Notes under the pieces: generated by a model
Told to the model about the DNA's origin: nothing
The model's database searches: none
Seen by the model: the letters and a program-made list of their open reading frames with translations, nothing else
Assembly: GCA_964016885.1 (NCBI GenBank)
Contig: OZ024746.1
Coordinates: 61,752,001-61,816,000, forward strand
Length of the DNA: 64,000 bases
Reading direction: 5' to 3'
Source: Eledone cirrhosa
Lineage: Eukaryota
Program-made: the position numbers and the translations under genes
Shown here: positions 37,873-51,407 of the stretch, in pieces
How positions within the stretch are numbered: position 1 is the stretch's first letter
Layout: every line of letters starts with the position of its first letter

Positions 37873-37916
<44 letters not shown>

Positions 37917-37925
37917 GTTGTTATT

Positions 37926-38359
37926 CCTTGAATCTCAGTCATTGATGTTGGTTAACTGGAAAGTCCGTTGGAATGAATATCAAGCCACTACCTGCAGCCT
38001 CAGATATTCAGGACGTATCGGAGGGTTCTTGCTGTTCCAAGCAAGCATGCCTTTTGAAGCGTTCCAAAAAGCGTGAAGGGGCCGATTTTCTTTAACCATC
38101 CCTGGAAACTTTTGGAGATAGTCCCCAGTACGCCTATGACAATCGGGATCACTTTGACTTCATGGCAGTTCCAAATCCTTTTCACCTCCCACTTTAGGTC
38201 CTGGTATCGGTTAATTTTCTCCCTCTCCTTCTCTTGCACTCTCGTGTCGAAAGGGCAGGCCACATCCACAATCAGACACGATCTTTTTTCTTTGTCCACA
38301 ACCACCAGGTCAGGTCTATTGTGTTCCAGTTTTTTGTCCGTCTGTATCCTAAAATCCCA
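37926..38359 (-). mobile_element. Dong 3' fragment D2, same truncation point as D1
   Basis: Near-identical to 25343-25776 at offset 12583. Confidence 0.92.
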
Positions 38360-38594
38360 TTATTATTATTATTATTATTGAATGCCATGGTTGACGGAGG
38401 CTCGGCTCTGTAAGGTATAGTAATTTTTAACCGTTAAAACAATTGTAAATTGTTTAAAACTTGAACCAAATTGTTGATAAAGACACCCTCCTCCTCGTGA
38501 GAGGGGTCTTTTTGTCCGTTATTTGGCCCTTCGGGGTTAAATAACCAGTTATTGGGGTTTTGTACCCAAAATTTCATTTTAAACAAAAAACAAC

Positions 38595-40690
38595 ATGGCT
38601 ACGAAAAAGAAATTTCATACGTCACTCCCACTCATTCCGTCTTCTTCTTCCTCAATCATCACTACAGCAGAGAGAAGATTGTCTCTCTCCCTCCCTTCTT
38701 TAAATGTGTCTCTCTCCCTCCCTTCTCTTTCGCAAGTGACGAAAGAAAAGAAAAGTCTCGTGCAAAGCGTGCAAGGTTTCTCCACGACGACGACGACAGC
38801 GACGAAACAGGTGTGCGGGAAATACGAAAACCCAGTTCATTCGTCTGACGTCAGGAATAATAGCAGTAGCAGCCGTAATAACAACAGCAACAGTGACAAT
38901 GAAAACAACAGTAGCAGCCGCAACAGCATCACCAGCAGCATAAACAACAACAGCATTAGCAGCAGCAACACCAACAACAACCACAGCAACAGCGGCGGAG
39001 GCAGTAGTCGTAGTACCTGCAGCAACAACAAAAGTACCAGCAGCTCTGACGACAACAACAACAGCAGAGAAAAACCAATCTCATTTGCAGGTATTGCGAA
39101 AAACTTGGAAACAATCCTCATAACAAATGAGGAATTAGAGGAAGCGAAGAAGATGGTGAGAAAGAACGGACACCGAGCAATCTGCAAGGCAGCGGAAAAA
39201 TTTTTCGAAACCCAAGAGCACTGTACGGTCACGTACCGTACAGTAAGTACAAAATCCCGTAGGGTGGAAAGAGCCACAGAGGCCCAAATACAAAAAGTCT
39301 TGGGGTCTGTGTGGCAGCGGAAAACGCACATACCCGAGGCAAAAAATATGCCACCGTAGACGTACTTTTTGCCACACCCCAGGAGGCAAAGGCCCAATCA
39401 GTAGTGACCCTAAGGAGCGAGGAAATGGTGTTGGTGCCCTCCTACTGCGGGCAAAAAATTGTGAGGGTCAAACTGACCCACGTCCCCCCCGGAATGACCC
39501 CTTCTTGGCTGGCCGCGTCTGTCCTCGTCGGAATCGAGGACAAAACAACTGTACTGCAAGTACAGAAAAAAGTAAGAGAAGATTGGGTCGGCTCCTCCAT
39601 TGAGATGCTAATCCAAACCAACCAGGAGTGCATCGAAGCTATCCCGGATGTGATAGACTTCGATAACGGCACTCAACTGCCCATAAGTGTTGAGGGCAAA
39701 CGCCCGAAATGCTTTCGCTGTGGATCGAAGACTCACCTCAGGGCCTTCTGCAACGAGAAGACCCTGAGAAAGGAGAAAACCCCCCTCCTTCCGAATCCGG
39801 CTCCACGGCTACCAGCAACAGGACAAGCGGCAACCAGGAACGATAGGTCCGTGGCACCCATACCCACTCCACGGAAATCAAAGACAGCAGCAGCAGTGGA
39901 AATATTAACAACAACAACAGCAATACCAAATGCAGCTGCAACAGAGACTCCAGTGCAAACATCACCAACAACAACAAGTGAAAGAGTGGAGCTGGTACCC
40001 CTCCCCGACCTTACAGAATCAGACATGGAGTGTGAGGTGGGAGAGGGATGGCAAAAGGTCGCAAGAAGGCACAAACGCAGAAGCAGCGCATCGTCGCCTT
40101 TGAAAAGGGAGGAAAGAAATGAGAAAAGGGTAAAGTCTACTGCAAAGAGACCCACAGCAGCAACACCACCAACACCATCACCACCCACACCAGCACCACC
40201 ATCACCACCGGCGACAACCCCACCGCCAACAACACCTTCAACACCACCACCACAAGCACCAACATCGCAAACACAACAACAAAACACACACACCCAGCAA
40301 CAACGACAAGAAAATAGCAGAACCACACCCCACCCCCAGAAAAACAAATGCACGGCAATAAACACACACAACAAGAAACTAATGACTTACATAATTGAAC
40401 ACACAGACATTTCACAACAGGACTACATAATACCAGCACCAATCAAAACGCCAACTAACATAAGACTGCTAAAAATAGCACAGAAACAATACACAAACAT
40501 TAAAACGAAATTCCCCAACGCAGTTGGTGATTTCAGGGACCTAGGAGGAACCATCAATCGAAGAGTATATTCAGACATTCTCTTAGAAGAGCCGACGACC
40601 AGCCGAAGGGACGATTCAACGGTCCCTTCACCAGACGATCAAGTGAAAAGGGATGTAAAAACCATCCCTCCTCTACCAAAAGTACGGTAA
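38595..40690 (+). pseudogene. Tx1 copy C ORF1, one frameshift
   Basis: ORFs 38595-39359 and 39311-40690. Confidence 0.9.
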
Positions 40691-40725
40691 GTGGTCTTTC
40701 CCATCTTTTCCACTCTATTTTAAAC

Positions 40726-43700
40726 ATGACCTCACTCAGAATAGGCAGCATAAATGCGCGTGGCTTGGGGTCGTCATGGAAGCAGGGTCACCTGCTCATC
40801 GACCTCAGGTCACTAAACATAGATGTAGTGGCCATCAGCGAGACCAGAATCTCCGAAGCACGGGCCTTCGCACCGATCTTCGGCGGCTACGATGTGTACG
40901 CATCTCCCAGCCGTCCTGGATCGGGTGGAGGAGTTGCTGTGCTTTTTCGGAGAGGTTTGGATCTCGCCATACGGGCCATCTTCCTGGACCCAGAGGGTAA
41001 GCTGGTGGTGCTGGACGTGACCAGCGGAGACGGGCAAGCTTTCAGGCTAGTGGCCGTCTATGCCCCGACAGGAGCAGGGCGGCCTGATTTCTTCCGGCGT
41101 CTGGAGACCTTTCTTGGAACGTCCCGCTCTTTAGTGTTAGTGGGCGACTGGAACGGGATCTTAGATGCACGCTGGGACTGTGTGGGATTAGCGGATAGGG
41201 GTGGAGGGTGCAAGAGCCTCACCAACCTGCTCAGGCGTTTTGAACTGTCTGACAGGTACCGATTGGATTTCCCGAATGTGCCAATGTGGACTTGGACAAA
41301 CCGCATAGGGTCATCCAGATCATATCTAGATAGAGTATTTTGTAGGGAAATAGATAGGTCTAGCATAGGCTGTCCACAATTCAAGATAGTCAGCTACACG
41401 GACCACAAATTCGTGACCTGTGTGCTTGACTTAGATAGGCTTCATAGACGAGGACCCGGCTACTGGAAGCTAAACGCGTCCTTACCAGCGCGCAAGGCCT
41501 ACAGAGACCGGATTAGCGAACTAGTTAAGCGGGCGTTGACGGGGGCCATCGTCAACAACAAGTGGTGGTTTGCTCTGAAAAGAGCGATTAGAATAGAATC
41601 GATTAGGTTTAGTAAGGCTTTAGCAATAGAGAAAAATAGAGCAGAGGGAGAACTAGTTAGAAAATTAGACGAGGCGCTTAGCAAAGGCATTGCGACCGAC
41701 GTGCTTGCGGCGAAATTGGCCCTTGACCAATTCTTCAATGCAAAGCACGAAGGCTGCGTTGTCAGAGCTAGGGTGCGTGCTCTCAGACACGAGGGGACGA
41801 AAGCCGTTCAATGGGCCCGAGTGGCGGAGGCGCGTCGTGGCAACAAAGCCACGATCCGGTCTTTGGTGGACCACGACGGGCGCATGCTACTCGATCCCGG
41901 GCAAATGTGTGAAGCTTTTCAGCGACACTTCGCTCAGCTGTTCGGGGGCAGCGGGGGGCCGGGTAGAGGGATGGACTTTAGTGTCTACCTCGACGGACTG
42001 CCGCGGCTCTCGGCCACTGAGGCGAAGTGTTGCGAAAAGCCGATAACAGCCGCTGAAGTACGGGAGGCAATGACTGGCTGCACAAGGGGTAAATCGCCTG
42101 GTTTGGATGGTCTGCCCTATGAACTTTACGTACAGATGCCAGACTTGTTCGGAGGCCTCTTGGCGGACGTCTACTGCAACTGGCAACAGAACGGGAGAAT
42201 TCCCAGTTCTGTGAGCCGAGGAGCGGTGGCACTGCTGAGAAAGGATCCGAACAAGGGGGATAACATAGACAATTTCCGGCCCATAACTCTGCTAAACACA
42301 GAGTTTAAGATTTTGGCCAAGGTGCTAGCAAAGAGGTTGGCGCTTGTCGTTGGTGGTCTGGTGGGAGAGGCGCAGACATGCGCCATTCCCGACAGATCCA
42401 TCCACGACAACCTCCACCTCATGCGATACATCGTAGAGAGGGTAGCTAAGGAACCTGGCACGGGTGGGTCCTTGATCAATTTAGATCAGTCGAAAGCTTT
42501 CGATAGGGTCGACCATCGTTACCTAGCGGCAGTCCTGAGGGCGGCTGGCTTTGGGCCCGTCTTCAGAGGCTGGATCGCTGCCATGCACAGCGACATCTGC
42601 TCTGTGGTGAGAGTGAACGGTCACCTGTCGGAACCGTTCAACATCATGCGCTCGGTCCGCCAAGGATGTCCCCTCTCGTCCCTCTTGTACGTATAGACTC
42701 TCGAGCCATTACTGCACAAACTGGAGACGTTGAGGGGAGTCCCGCGCGAACTAGGATGCGGAAGATCCGTGTCAGCATATGCGGACGATGTCACCGTAGT
42801 GGTGTCGAACGCCAAACACATCGAGGCGATCGGCACTACACTAAGAGAATACGAAGCGGGGACAGGAGCAATGATCAACCAGGAAAAGTCGGTGGGCCTG
42901 CAGCTCGGCACCTGGAGAGGCAGGTCCATGCCGTCCAACAGCGTCGTCGGGCGCTGGACGGACGGACCGGTTAAATTGCTAGGGGTCTGGTTCGGTCCGG
43001 ACCTCCAGACGGACAAAAACTGGGACGAGGTGACGAGCAGGGTGGCTTCTCTCACCCAGAAATGGGCGGAGAGAAAGCTATCCCTGAAAGGTCGAGCGGA
43101 GGTGGCTAACGCGTACATCGCGTCTGTCATCTGCTACCGCCTAACCGTCGTACCTTGTCCTAAGCCTCGCCTGACTGCGCTGGAGCGTTTGCTCTTTCGC
43201 TTTTTGTGGAAGGGACGTGCTCCGATGGTCAGGCGGTCCATCTGTTGTCAACACCCGTTACGTGGAGGGCTGGGCATGCCGTGCCTGATGATGCGCAGGC
43301 ACGCGCTCAGGCTACGACGTATCCACCTCTTCCTCGACGGTGATCAGGTGTGGTCGCCGTTTGCTAGACGCGTTTTTCCCCAGCTCGTTTCCTTGACGGA
43401 GCTGCAGTCCTGGGTCAAGCGAAGACCGAGAGGGAGCGCCTGGAGACTGGAATGTCTTCAGGCGCTCACAGCCCTCGACCAATCGGGCAATGTGATCGGT
43501 GGAAACTCCACCTCGGCGTTCTATAGAGGATTAGTGGAGGGGAAGAGCGACGACGTACTTGGGGAAACTCTAGGCGTCGACGAAAATCAACTAGCCAATC
43601 TCTTCAGAAGAACTTTCGGGCCAGGGCCTATGGACAACTTCCAGAAATCTCTGGCCTGGCAGTGCTACCGAGGAGCCTTGCCAGTTCGGGATAAACTCTA

Positions 43701-44140
43701 CAGGCATGGAGGTGCCGTCAGCCGGGCATGTCCGAGATGCGCGCAGGGCGACGAAACCGTCCTGCACGCACTCGTCCAGTGTCCGAAAATTGCTGACTTG
43801 TGGGTTTATGTCGAACACCTGCTGTCGCGTTTAGGACGGATCCGGCTATCATCTGAGTCCATCGTGAGGATTGCCCCGCCCTCCTCCTTTAGCCGGGAAG
43901 GGCAGGCAGTTTTTATCTGTCTGGTGGCCATGGCGAAAGAGATAGTGGACACGTTTGAAAGGGCTGAAGACGAGCACTTACCTCTTCGGTGATGCTCTGA
44001 TTGACTTTTTCAAATTTCATTTGAAAAGGAAAATCAGAGTAGAGAGGGAAGTGCTCTCTTCCCAGCATTTTGTTGAAAGATGGGTGAGAGAAGCAAGAAT
44101 GGCCCGAGTGAATGGGCCTACTCTGAGTATATATCTGTAA
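40726..44140 (+). pseudogene. Tx1 copy C ORF2, nonsense plus frameshift
   Basis: ORFs 40726-42696, 42730-43992, 43955-44140. Confidence 0.92.
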
Positions 44141-44387
44141 ATTAAAGGTGGAAAACTGGGAGAGGGCACTTGCCTTGGTGGTCAGGGTCATTGTGGCTTT
44201 TTACTGGGCTTTCTCCACAAATGTCCCTCCGAAGTCTCCCCCCTATTGGGGAATTTTTCATTGTTATTTTTGTTACATCCTCTGTTTTTGTTTTTTACAC
44301 GCAGAAATGCCCATTTGTACCGTCCTGCATTGTCCTGCACTGTCCTTAATGTCTACTTTATGTAAACCCTTGTGGTTAATAAAGAAA

Positions 44388-44419
<32 letters not shown>

Positions 44420-44431
44420 GTTATTGTTATT

Positions 44432-47400
44432 CCTTGAATCTCAGTCATTGATGTTGGTTAACTGGAAAGTCCGTTGGATTGAATATCAAGCCACTACCTG
44501 CAGCCTCAGATATTCAGGACGTATCGGAGGGTTCTTGCTGTTCCAAGCAAGCATGCCTTTTGAAGCGTTCCAAAAAGCGTGAAGGGGCCGATTTTCTTTA
44601 ACCATCCCTGGAAACCTTTGGAGATAGTCCCCAGTGCGCCTATGACAATCGGGATCACTTTGACTTCATGGCAGTTCCAAATCCTTTTCACCTCCCACTT
44701 TAGGTCCTGGTATCGGTTAATTTTCTCCCTCTCCTTCTCTTGCACTCTCGTGTCGAACGGGCAGGCCACATCCACAATCAGGCACGATCTTTTTTCTTTG
44801 TCCACAACCACCAGGTCAGGTCTATTGTGTTCCAGTTTTTTGTCCGTCTGTATCCTAAAATCCCACAGCACCTTCACCTGACTGTTCTCCATCACCGCCT
44901 CTGGCCTATGCTCATACCATTTCTCAGAATGTGGTAGATTGTTTACTTTGCACAGGTGCCAGTGGATCACCCTGCCCATCACATCGTGTCTCCAGCCCTT
45001 ATAGTGGGTCTGGGCTAGGTGTTTACACTCGGACACAATGTGAGCCACAGTCTCCTCTCTCTCTCCACAGATCCTGCACAGTGGGCTAGCCTCCTCCTTG
45101 TAGATATGGTGCTTCAACCACTTCGTTTTGAGGGCCTGCTCCTGCGCAGCCATTAGCATTCCTTCTGTAGCCTTTTTGAGGTCTCCTCTTCTCAACCAGT
45201 TCCATGTCTGTGGATCTCTAAATTCAGTTTTCTCAAAGAAGGTACTATGAAGGGATTTTCCCTTAAGGCTGCTCTTCCTCCTTGATGTTATTTCCTCCTT
45301 GGATATCCCCTGGCCTACTGTCCCCTCCTTCAGTACAGCTCTGAGCATTGGCTCCTTACTATAGGTCACGTATTTGTATAGGTTGTTTTTCTCCATCTGA
45401 ACACAGTCCTCTATGCTGATAAGACCTCTTCCACCCTCAGATCTCCTTAGGTAGAGTCTATCGACATCACTCCTCTTGTGGAACATGTTGTAGATAGTCA
45501 ATAGCTTCCTAGTCTTCCTATCCATTTCTTTTTGTTCAGCAACATTCCATCTCAGAATTCCCGCACTGTACCTAATAATAGACACAGCTCGGGAATTTAC
45601 TGCGCTTATGGCATTTCTGCTGTTCAGATGTGACTTCAATACGCTCCTTACTCTCCGAATGTATTCAGTTCTTAACAATTCCTTCATTTTTTTGTTCTTT
45701 ATGCCATCAGCCTCCAGAACGCCCAAATACTTGTATCCTTCCTCAGAGTCAATTTCCTTTATCATCTCACCTGTTGGTATCTGGATCCCGTTACTTCTGC
45801 TCAACCTACCCCTCTTCATCACAATGACTCCACATTTACCAATACCAAACTGCATACATATATCACTGCTGAAAATACGGACAGTGTCAACAAGCACATC
45901 CAACTCCTTCTCACTTTTCCCGAAGAGCTTAAGATCGTCCATGAAGAGGAGGTGATTGATGGTAAGCTCTCCCCTTCCCAACTTGTATCCTGCTCTCACT
46001 TTTCGCAGCATAATGGTCAAGGGCATCAGGGCAAGGACAAACAACAGAGGGGACAGGCTATCTCCCTGGAAGATACCTCTCTTGATCTTCACGCTTCCCA
46101 AGGATACTCCAGTTGATGTCAACTCTGTCTCCCAGGACCCCATACTCCTGCCCAGCAACTGTCTGATGTTATCTGCCACCCTGAAGATCTCCAGGCTTTT
46201 GGTGATCCAGGAATGAGGCACCATGTCAAATGCCTTTCTGTAGTCTATCCATCCCATGGCAAGATCAGTGTGTCTCCTCCTGCAATTCCCCATTACCATC
46301 TTATCAATAAGCAACTGGTCCTTTGTACCACGTGACTTCTTTCGGCATCCTTTCTGTTCGTCCGGTAACAAGTTGTTTGTGTGGAGGTGATGGTAGATTT
46401 CCTCAGACACAATGCTCGTCAACAGTTTCCACATTACGGGCAGACATGTGATAGGTCTATAGTTGGTAACATCATTACCCTTGATTCGGTCTTTCATTAT
46501 CAGAACTGTGGTACCTTTTGTCAACCACTCTGGCACCTCACCCGACACCAAGCAGTCATTGAACATGGCCGTCAGCTTCGGGTGGAGGGATGTTAAATGT
46601 TTAATCCAATACCCCTGCACACCATCTGGGCCTGGTGATTTCCAGTTGGTTAGTTTTTTGGCTTGCCCCTTAAGAGTTTCAACTGTGATACTCAAATCAG
46701 TCTGTTGTTGTGCCTGCTCACCGATCTCCCTCTGTACTGTCTCAATCCACCCTGCCTGGGCATTGTGTCTAACATCCTGCTCCCATATTCCTCTCCAGAA
46801 TGTTTAAGCTTGTTCCGCCCCAGGGATCAAGTCGTTGCCTCTTTCTTTCCCCTCAAGCTGTCCAAACAGCATCTTCTGGTTGTTGTCGAACATGCGGTTC
46901 TGTTTATACTGACTGACTCTGTTCTCGTATCGCCTGATTTTGGCACTCTTTGCTACAATGCGTTGCTTCAATTCCTCTATGATAATATTTAGCTTTTTAC
47001 TCCTAGTTTTGTATTTTATTTCCAGTCTATTTTTAGTGCCTATGTTTTTTAGTGTCCCATTCAGTAGTGACTCAAGCTTTCCTATGTCATTTCTCATTTC
47101 CCCGATTTGCCCACTCAGTCGCTTCTTCCACCACGGCTCTGCTCTTTCTTGTCTGTTGTTTCCTCTCGCTTTTATACCAAGTAGTTTCCTCACCGTATTT
47201 GCTGTTGCTTTGAGGATATTGTTGCACTGGTGAAGACTCCTCGCCTCAAGGTATGGGATGACTTTGTTTACCTTAGCTGTTGTTTCTTTTAACTTTTTCC
47301 TGTCTACAAATCTTAGGTTCATAGGTCTCCCACTATCATTGTTCAACTCATCTACCACTAAATTTAGGATGTCAACCGAATCTTGTCCTAGCCCGTCAGC

Positions 47401-48967
47401 ATTCATCTCCTCAGTGGCCGTATCTCTGTTCCAGGTATTATTTATCTCAGTATTCAGATCATTGTCTGCTTCGGGTGGTTCCTCCGTTCTCAGGACCTCC
47501 TCACCTTCATTTCCCGCCGGCTCGCTTGTCTGGCATACTACACCCGCCATCTCCAAGCCATTCTCTCTGCTCAGTTCCTCCAGTTCCAGCTCGCCTATCC
47601 ACCCATTAGTTCTTATTACCCGAGCCTGCCCGGCCAATTTTTGTTCATCTAATTTAAATAAACCAATCTCGTTCCAGATGTTATGCATCCGTCTCCTGTA
47701 GCCCCTCTCCTTGGGGTTACTTTTCAGGTAGCATTGCATAACAGTTCTATTCAATTCTTTCGTCCAGTTGGTTCTGGCCCCTTTCCTTCTTCTTCTTCCT
47801 CCAACATCAGCAGTATTTGGTTGACAGTCAGGTTCCTGCTGCTGAGCCAGGGGGCACCTGTTGGGTGAGAGTCTGTCACATGACGTTCTAGTCTCCATTT
47901 CACCGTTATTCGAACTGTTTATGTTCGATATTTAAACACTCTTATCGAGGATTGGCGAATGTATGTTTACATAGCCATCTGTGGATCCGCCATCCCACTT
48001 GGCCCTTGTGTGGCATTATCACCGCGCTGTATACGAACACACATAAACAAACAAACACACGGGCAGAAAGGGCCCCAAAAATGAATAAGCATAAGTTTCA
48101 TTGTAATGTAGTATTCGAATGTCTGACTTAGTTTTTGTTTTTTAAGTTTTACTTTTTCCCCCCTCTTCTCTGTCCGTCCGCCTGCTTCTCTCTTCATTCT
48201 TATTTTCTTTACGTTTTTGGGGTTTCTTTTTTTGTTTTTGTTTTTCTCTGTTTGTTTTTCTCGTTTTTTGGTGTTGTTGCTGTGCTGCTTTGGTTTTGTT
48301 GTTTGTTTTTTCTTTTTTCTTTTGAGTCTATCTATATATTTTGATGCCTTCCTCTTTGTTAGTAGTAGGAATTCTATAATGTGGAAGTGGCAGCCAGCAG
48401 AGACCGGCGGCGTTGGCGATACTGAGACAGTGGTGGTGGTGATGTCGATACCGAGGCAGTGGTGGCGGTGATGCGACCGTATTACTGTAGTGATGGTGCT
48501 GTAGCGGTGGCAGCAGCAGTGAAGGAGTCAAGGGGTGGTGGCGGCGGTGATGGGATAGTGGTGGTAATGATGGCCGTAGTGAGCGGTGGCGGTGAAGGTG
48601 AAAATGCTGTTGTGTTTAGTGTACACAGATGATGGGGTGGGTGGTGTATCTAGTTTCTGGTGTTGGTGAGTTTAGCTGTCCTATATAGTGTAGCCAGAGG
48701 AGAGGAGGGGGGGGGGGGGTTCTTCTTCTTCCATTTATAGCCATTTTTTTTTTTTGGATATACAGTGTACAATACAAAGTTGAATATTTGAATATTTGAG
48801 CCTTATAACAATATATTTTGGGTCCGAATTTTTTGGGGCTCAAGCCGGGTGCTTTACGTAGCATTTGTACTAAGAGTTGTTATTTCACAAATGATTTAAA
48901 TATGTTAAAAATTCAAAACTTACGGGAGCGATTTCATGACCTCCGTCACCTCGTGCGTCTTCTTCCC
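44432..48967 (-). mobile_element. Apparently full-length Dong/R4-clade retrotransposon; 5' boundary inferred at the next (TAA)n
   Basis: 3' end abuts (TAA)n at 44431; complete ORF; no TAA tract between the ORF start (47898) and 48968. Confidence 0.8.
44506..47898 (-). pseudogene. Dong/R4 single ORF (N-terminal domain, RT, CCHC, restriction-like endonuclease) with one in-frame TAA
   Basis: ORFs 46804-47898 and 44506-46695 share a frame and are separated only by the stop at 46804-46806. Motifs IDYRKAFD, IFQGDSLSP, FMDD, CRIC..ETVAHIVSEC, RHD, NRPD, KINRYQDL. Confidence 0.94.
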
Positions 48968-49008
<41 letters not shown>

Positions 49009-49221
49009 GGCGACCTACGTAGTAAATCGTATCATCGTGAGTCCGCAAAGGTTTGTTATTTTCAGTTGTTTAAAATTGCCATTTATGGAAAATTTTTATT
49101 GTTAACTGTATATAAGTGCACATACATTGTTATCTGAAAAGGACACCCAAAAACATTGGGGCCTTGAGCCCAAAATTTAAACTTTTATAATTATCAAACA
49201 AAAATTTTTCTTTGAAAAATC

Positions 49222-51373
49222 ATGGACGACTCAGAGTCACACCTTCCTCACAAACTAACACCTCACACCGACACCACCATTGTAAATATCACTACGTTTG
49301 CCAACACTAAAAATATAAGCAGTAGCAATATTTTAAATTTGTCTCAGGCAGACATTCATTTCCCGCCATTACCAATGACTGCAGGTGTTAAAGCCGCCAC
49401 CCCCACCACCACCACAGCGACAACAGAAACAAAATAAAAAAATAAATTAACTCGTGATATCGAAATGAATTCAACCAAAATGAACTCTTCCACACCGAAC
49501 ACCACTGACGCCACCACAACCACAACTGAAACTAAAATTAACAATAACAAAAATAACGATAACAACAACAGCAACAATGAAATTAAGAAAACCATCCTGA
49601 GTTTTGCCAGAGTTGCAAAACAGTGCGAAGCATTCCAGGTAACTCAGGAGGAATTAGAAGAAGCCCCCCAAATGGTAAAGAAAGATGGGTACAGGGTGAG
49701 CCTCACCCCCTACCTAATAAAATGGAGCATCGGCGCCTATGCACCGTGTCTTATCGGACGATTAACATAAAATCGCGCCGAGTGGAACGGGCATCCGAGT
49801 CCCAAATCCAAAAAGCTTTGGGACATGTGTGGGCAAAAAACCCCACATCAGACGTGGGCAGAAATATGGAACCGTGGACGTGTTCTTTGAAACACCACAG
49901 GAGGCCAGAGAACACTCCATGGCCTCATTAAGAAGTGACGACTTCACACTGGTCCCAAACTATTGTGGCCAGATACTCGTGAAGATCAGGGTGACCCACG
50001 TTCCACCGGCCATCGAAATTCCCTGGCTAATAGCTGCCGTCCTCGCCGGCATCGAAGCCAACACCAAGATAATCGAAATAGCGAAAGAAAAGCAGGAGAA
50101 CTGGTCCGGATCTGGGATGGAGCTCCTGATCCAAGCGGACCAAAAAAGCATTGAGGAGATCCCAGAGGTAATAGACCTCACTGACGGCAGCCACCTCACC
50201 GTAATCGTCGAGGGCAGAAGGCCTAGGTGTATCGTTTGTGGTGAAGGAACCCACCTAAGGGCTTTCTACCCTCAGGCTAATAGGTTGAGGCCACCTCTCT
50301 TACCCACCCTAGTGACTCAACCATCAACACCATCAGCAACAGAGATGGCAGCAACAACTGTAGCAGCAACAACAGAAGCAACTGTAACAGCAACAACCCC
50401 AGCAATAGTAGCAAAACCAACACCACCACCACCCAACGCGCCAGAACTAGCACCAGCGCCTACACCATCCACCACGCCACAACCAAAACTAACGCCTGTG
50501 GAGGATTTTCCACTCCCCGGCCTATCACAACTGGAGACAGATTGTGACGACGAGGAGTGGGAAACGGTATCAGGAAAAAAGAAAAAAAGAAATCGAAAAA
50601 GAAAAAATTCTCTTCCCTCCCCCTCCAAAAACAAAATACAGAGGGAAACAAATAAACTATCAAACAAAAAAGTTAGGGCAGATATGCCACCATCCACACC
50701 AGCATCACCAACCCCATCACCACAAAAACCAACCCCATAACCACAAACACCAACACCATCACCATCATTAACCCCAACACCACCATCACCAACACCACAA
50801 AAGTCACCAAAAAGCGAAACAGAAACAAACCCACAACAAACGCAAACAAAACAAAACAACGAAAACGATACACACTACACAGCATTAAATTTGAACAACA
50901 ATAGGGCGGTGGATTGGCAGTATTGGGAGAGGGTCCGACGCCATGCTTTTACGTATAGAGTTACGGCCCTTGCCATTCTGAGTTCAAATCCCGCCGAGGT
51001 TAACTTTGCCTTTCATCCTTACGGGGTCGATAAAATAAAGTACCAGTAATGCACTGGGTAATTGCTGGCCTTGTGCCTAACGTAGAAACAATTAAATTTG
51101 AACAACAACCAATTATTACACTACATCCAACACAACACCAGCATCACAGAAAAAGACTACACAACAAACCAAAAATTCACACCACCTCCACACATACAAA
51201 TCACTCGCATCACACAGAAAACGTACATGACACTAAAACAAAAATTCCCCAAAGACATCGGAGACTTCCGACAAGCACTCTCCAGGAGGATTTATAAGGA
51301 CATCCTTCCTGAGGAGGCCACAAGCAGTGAAAAGGATGGAAAAACCGTCCTTCCTCTACGAGAAGTAAGGTAA
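49222..51373 (+). pseudogene. Tx1 copy E ORF1 (divergent type), broken and SINE-interrupted
   Basis: RGQKYGTVDVFFETPQEA, VEGRRPRCIVCGEGTHLRAFY, ends LPLREVR. Confidence 0.87.
50902..51090 (+). mobile_element. tRNA-derived SINE with 18-bp TSD, inside Tx1 ORF1
   Basis: Same family as 19854; TSD attaaatttgaacaacaa at 50884-50901 and 51091-51108. Confidence 0.92.
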
Positions 51374-51407
51374 GTGGTCTTTCCCATCTTTTCCACTCCT
51401 TTTCAAC

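Larger units (their letters stand above)
31845..37874 (+). mobile_element. Full-length Tx1-clade LINE, copy B, both ORFs open
   Basis: Same termini as copy A, head-to-tail after (ATT)7; AATAAA just before the 3' end. Confidence 0.96.
38380..44389 (+). mobile_element. Full-length Tx1-clade LINE, copy C (disrupted)
   Basis: Same ORF1 1-bp deletion as copy A; TAG at 42694-42696; small deletion near 43945. Confidence 0.95.

Noticed and set aside
26117-43130. Antisense and alternative-frame ORFs repeated in Tx1 copies
   Set aside because: Their recurrence reflects copy identity; low-complexity shadows with no motifs.
47940-48020. HDV-like ribozyme upstream of the Dong ORF
   Set aside because: A stem (GGATGGCGGAT/ATTCGCCAATCC on the - strand) is present, but I could not fit the nested double pseudoknot.
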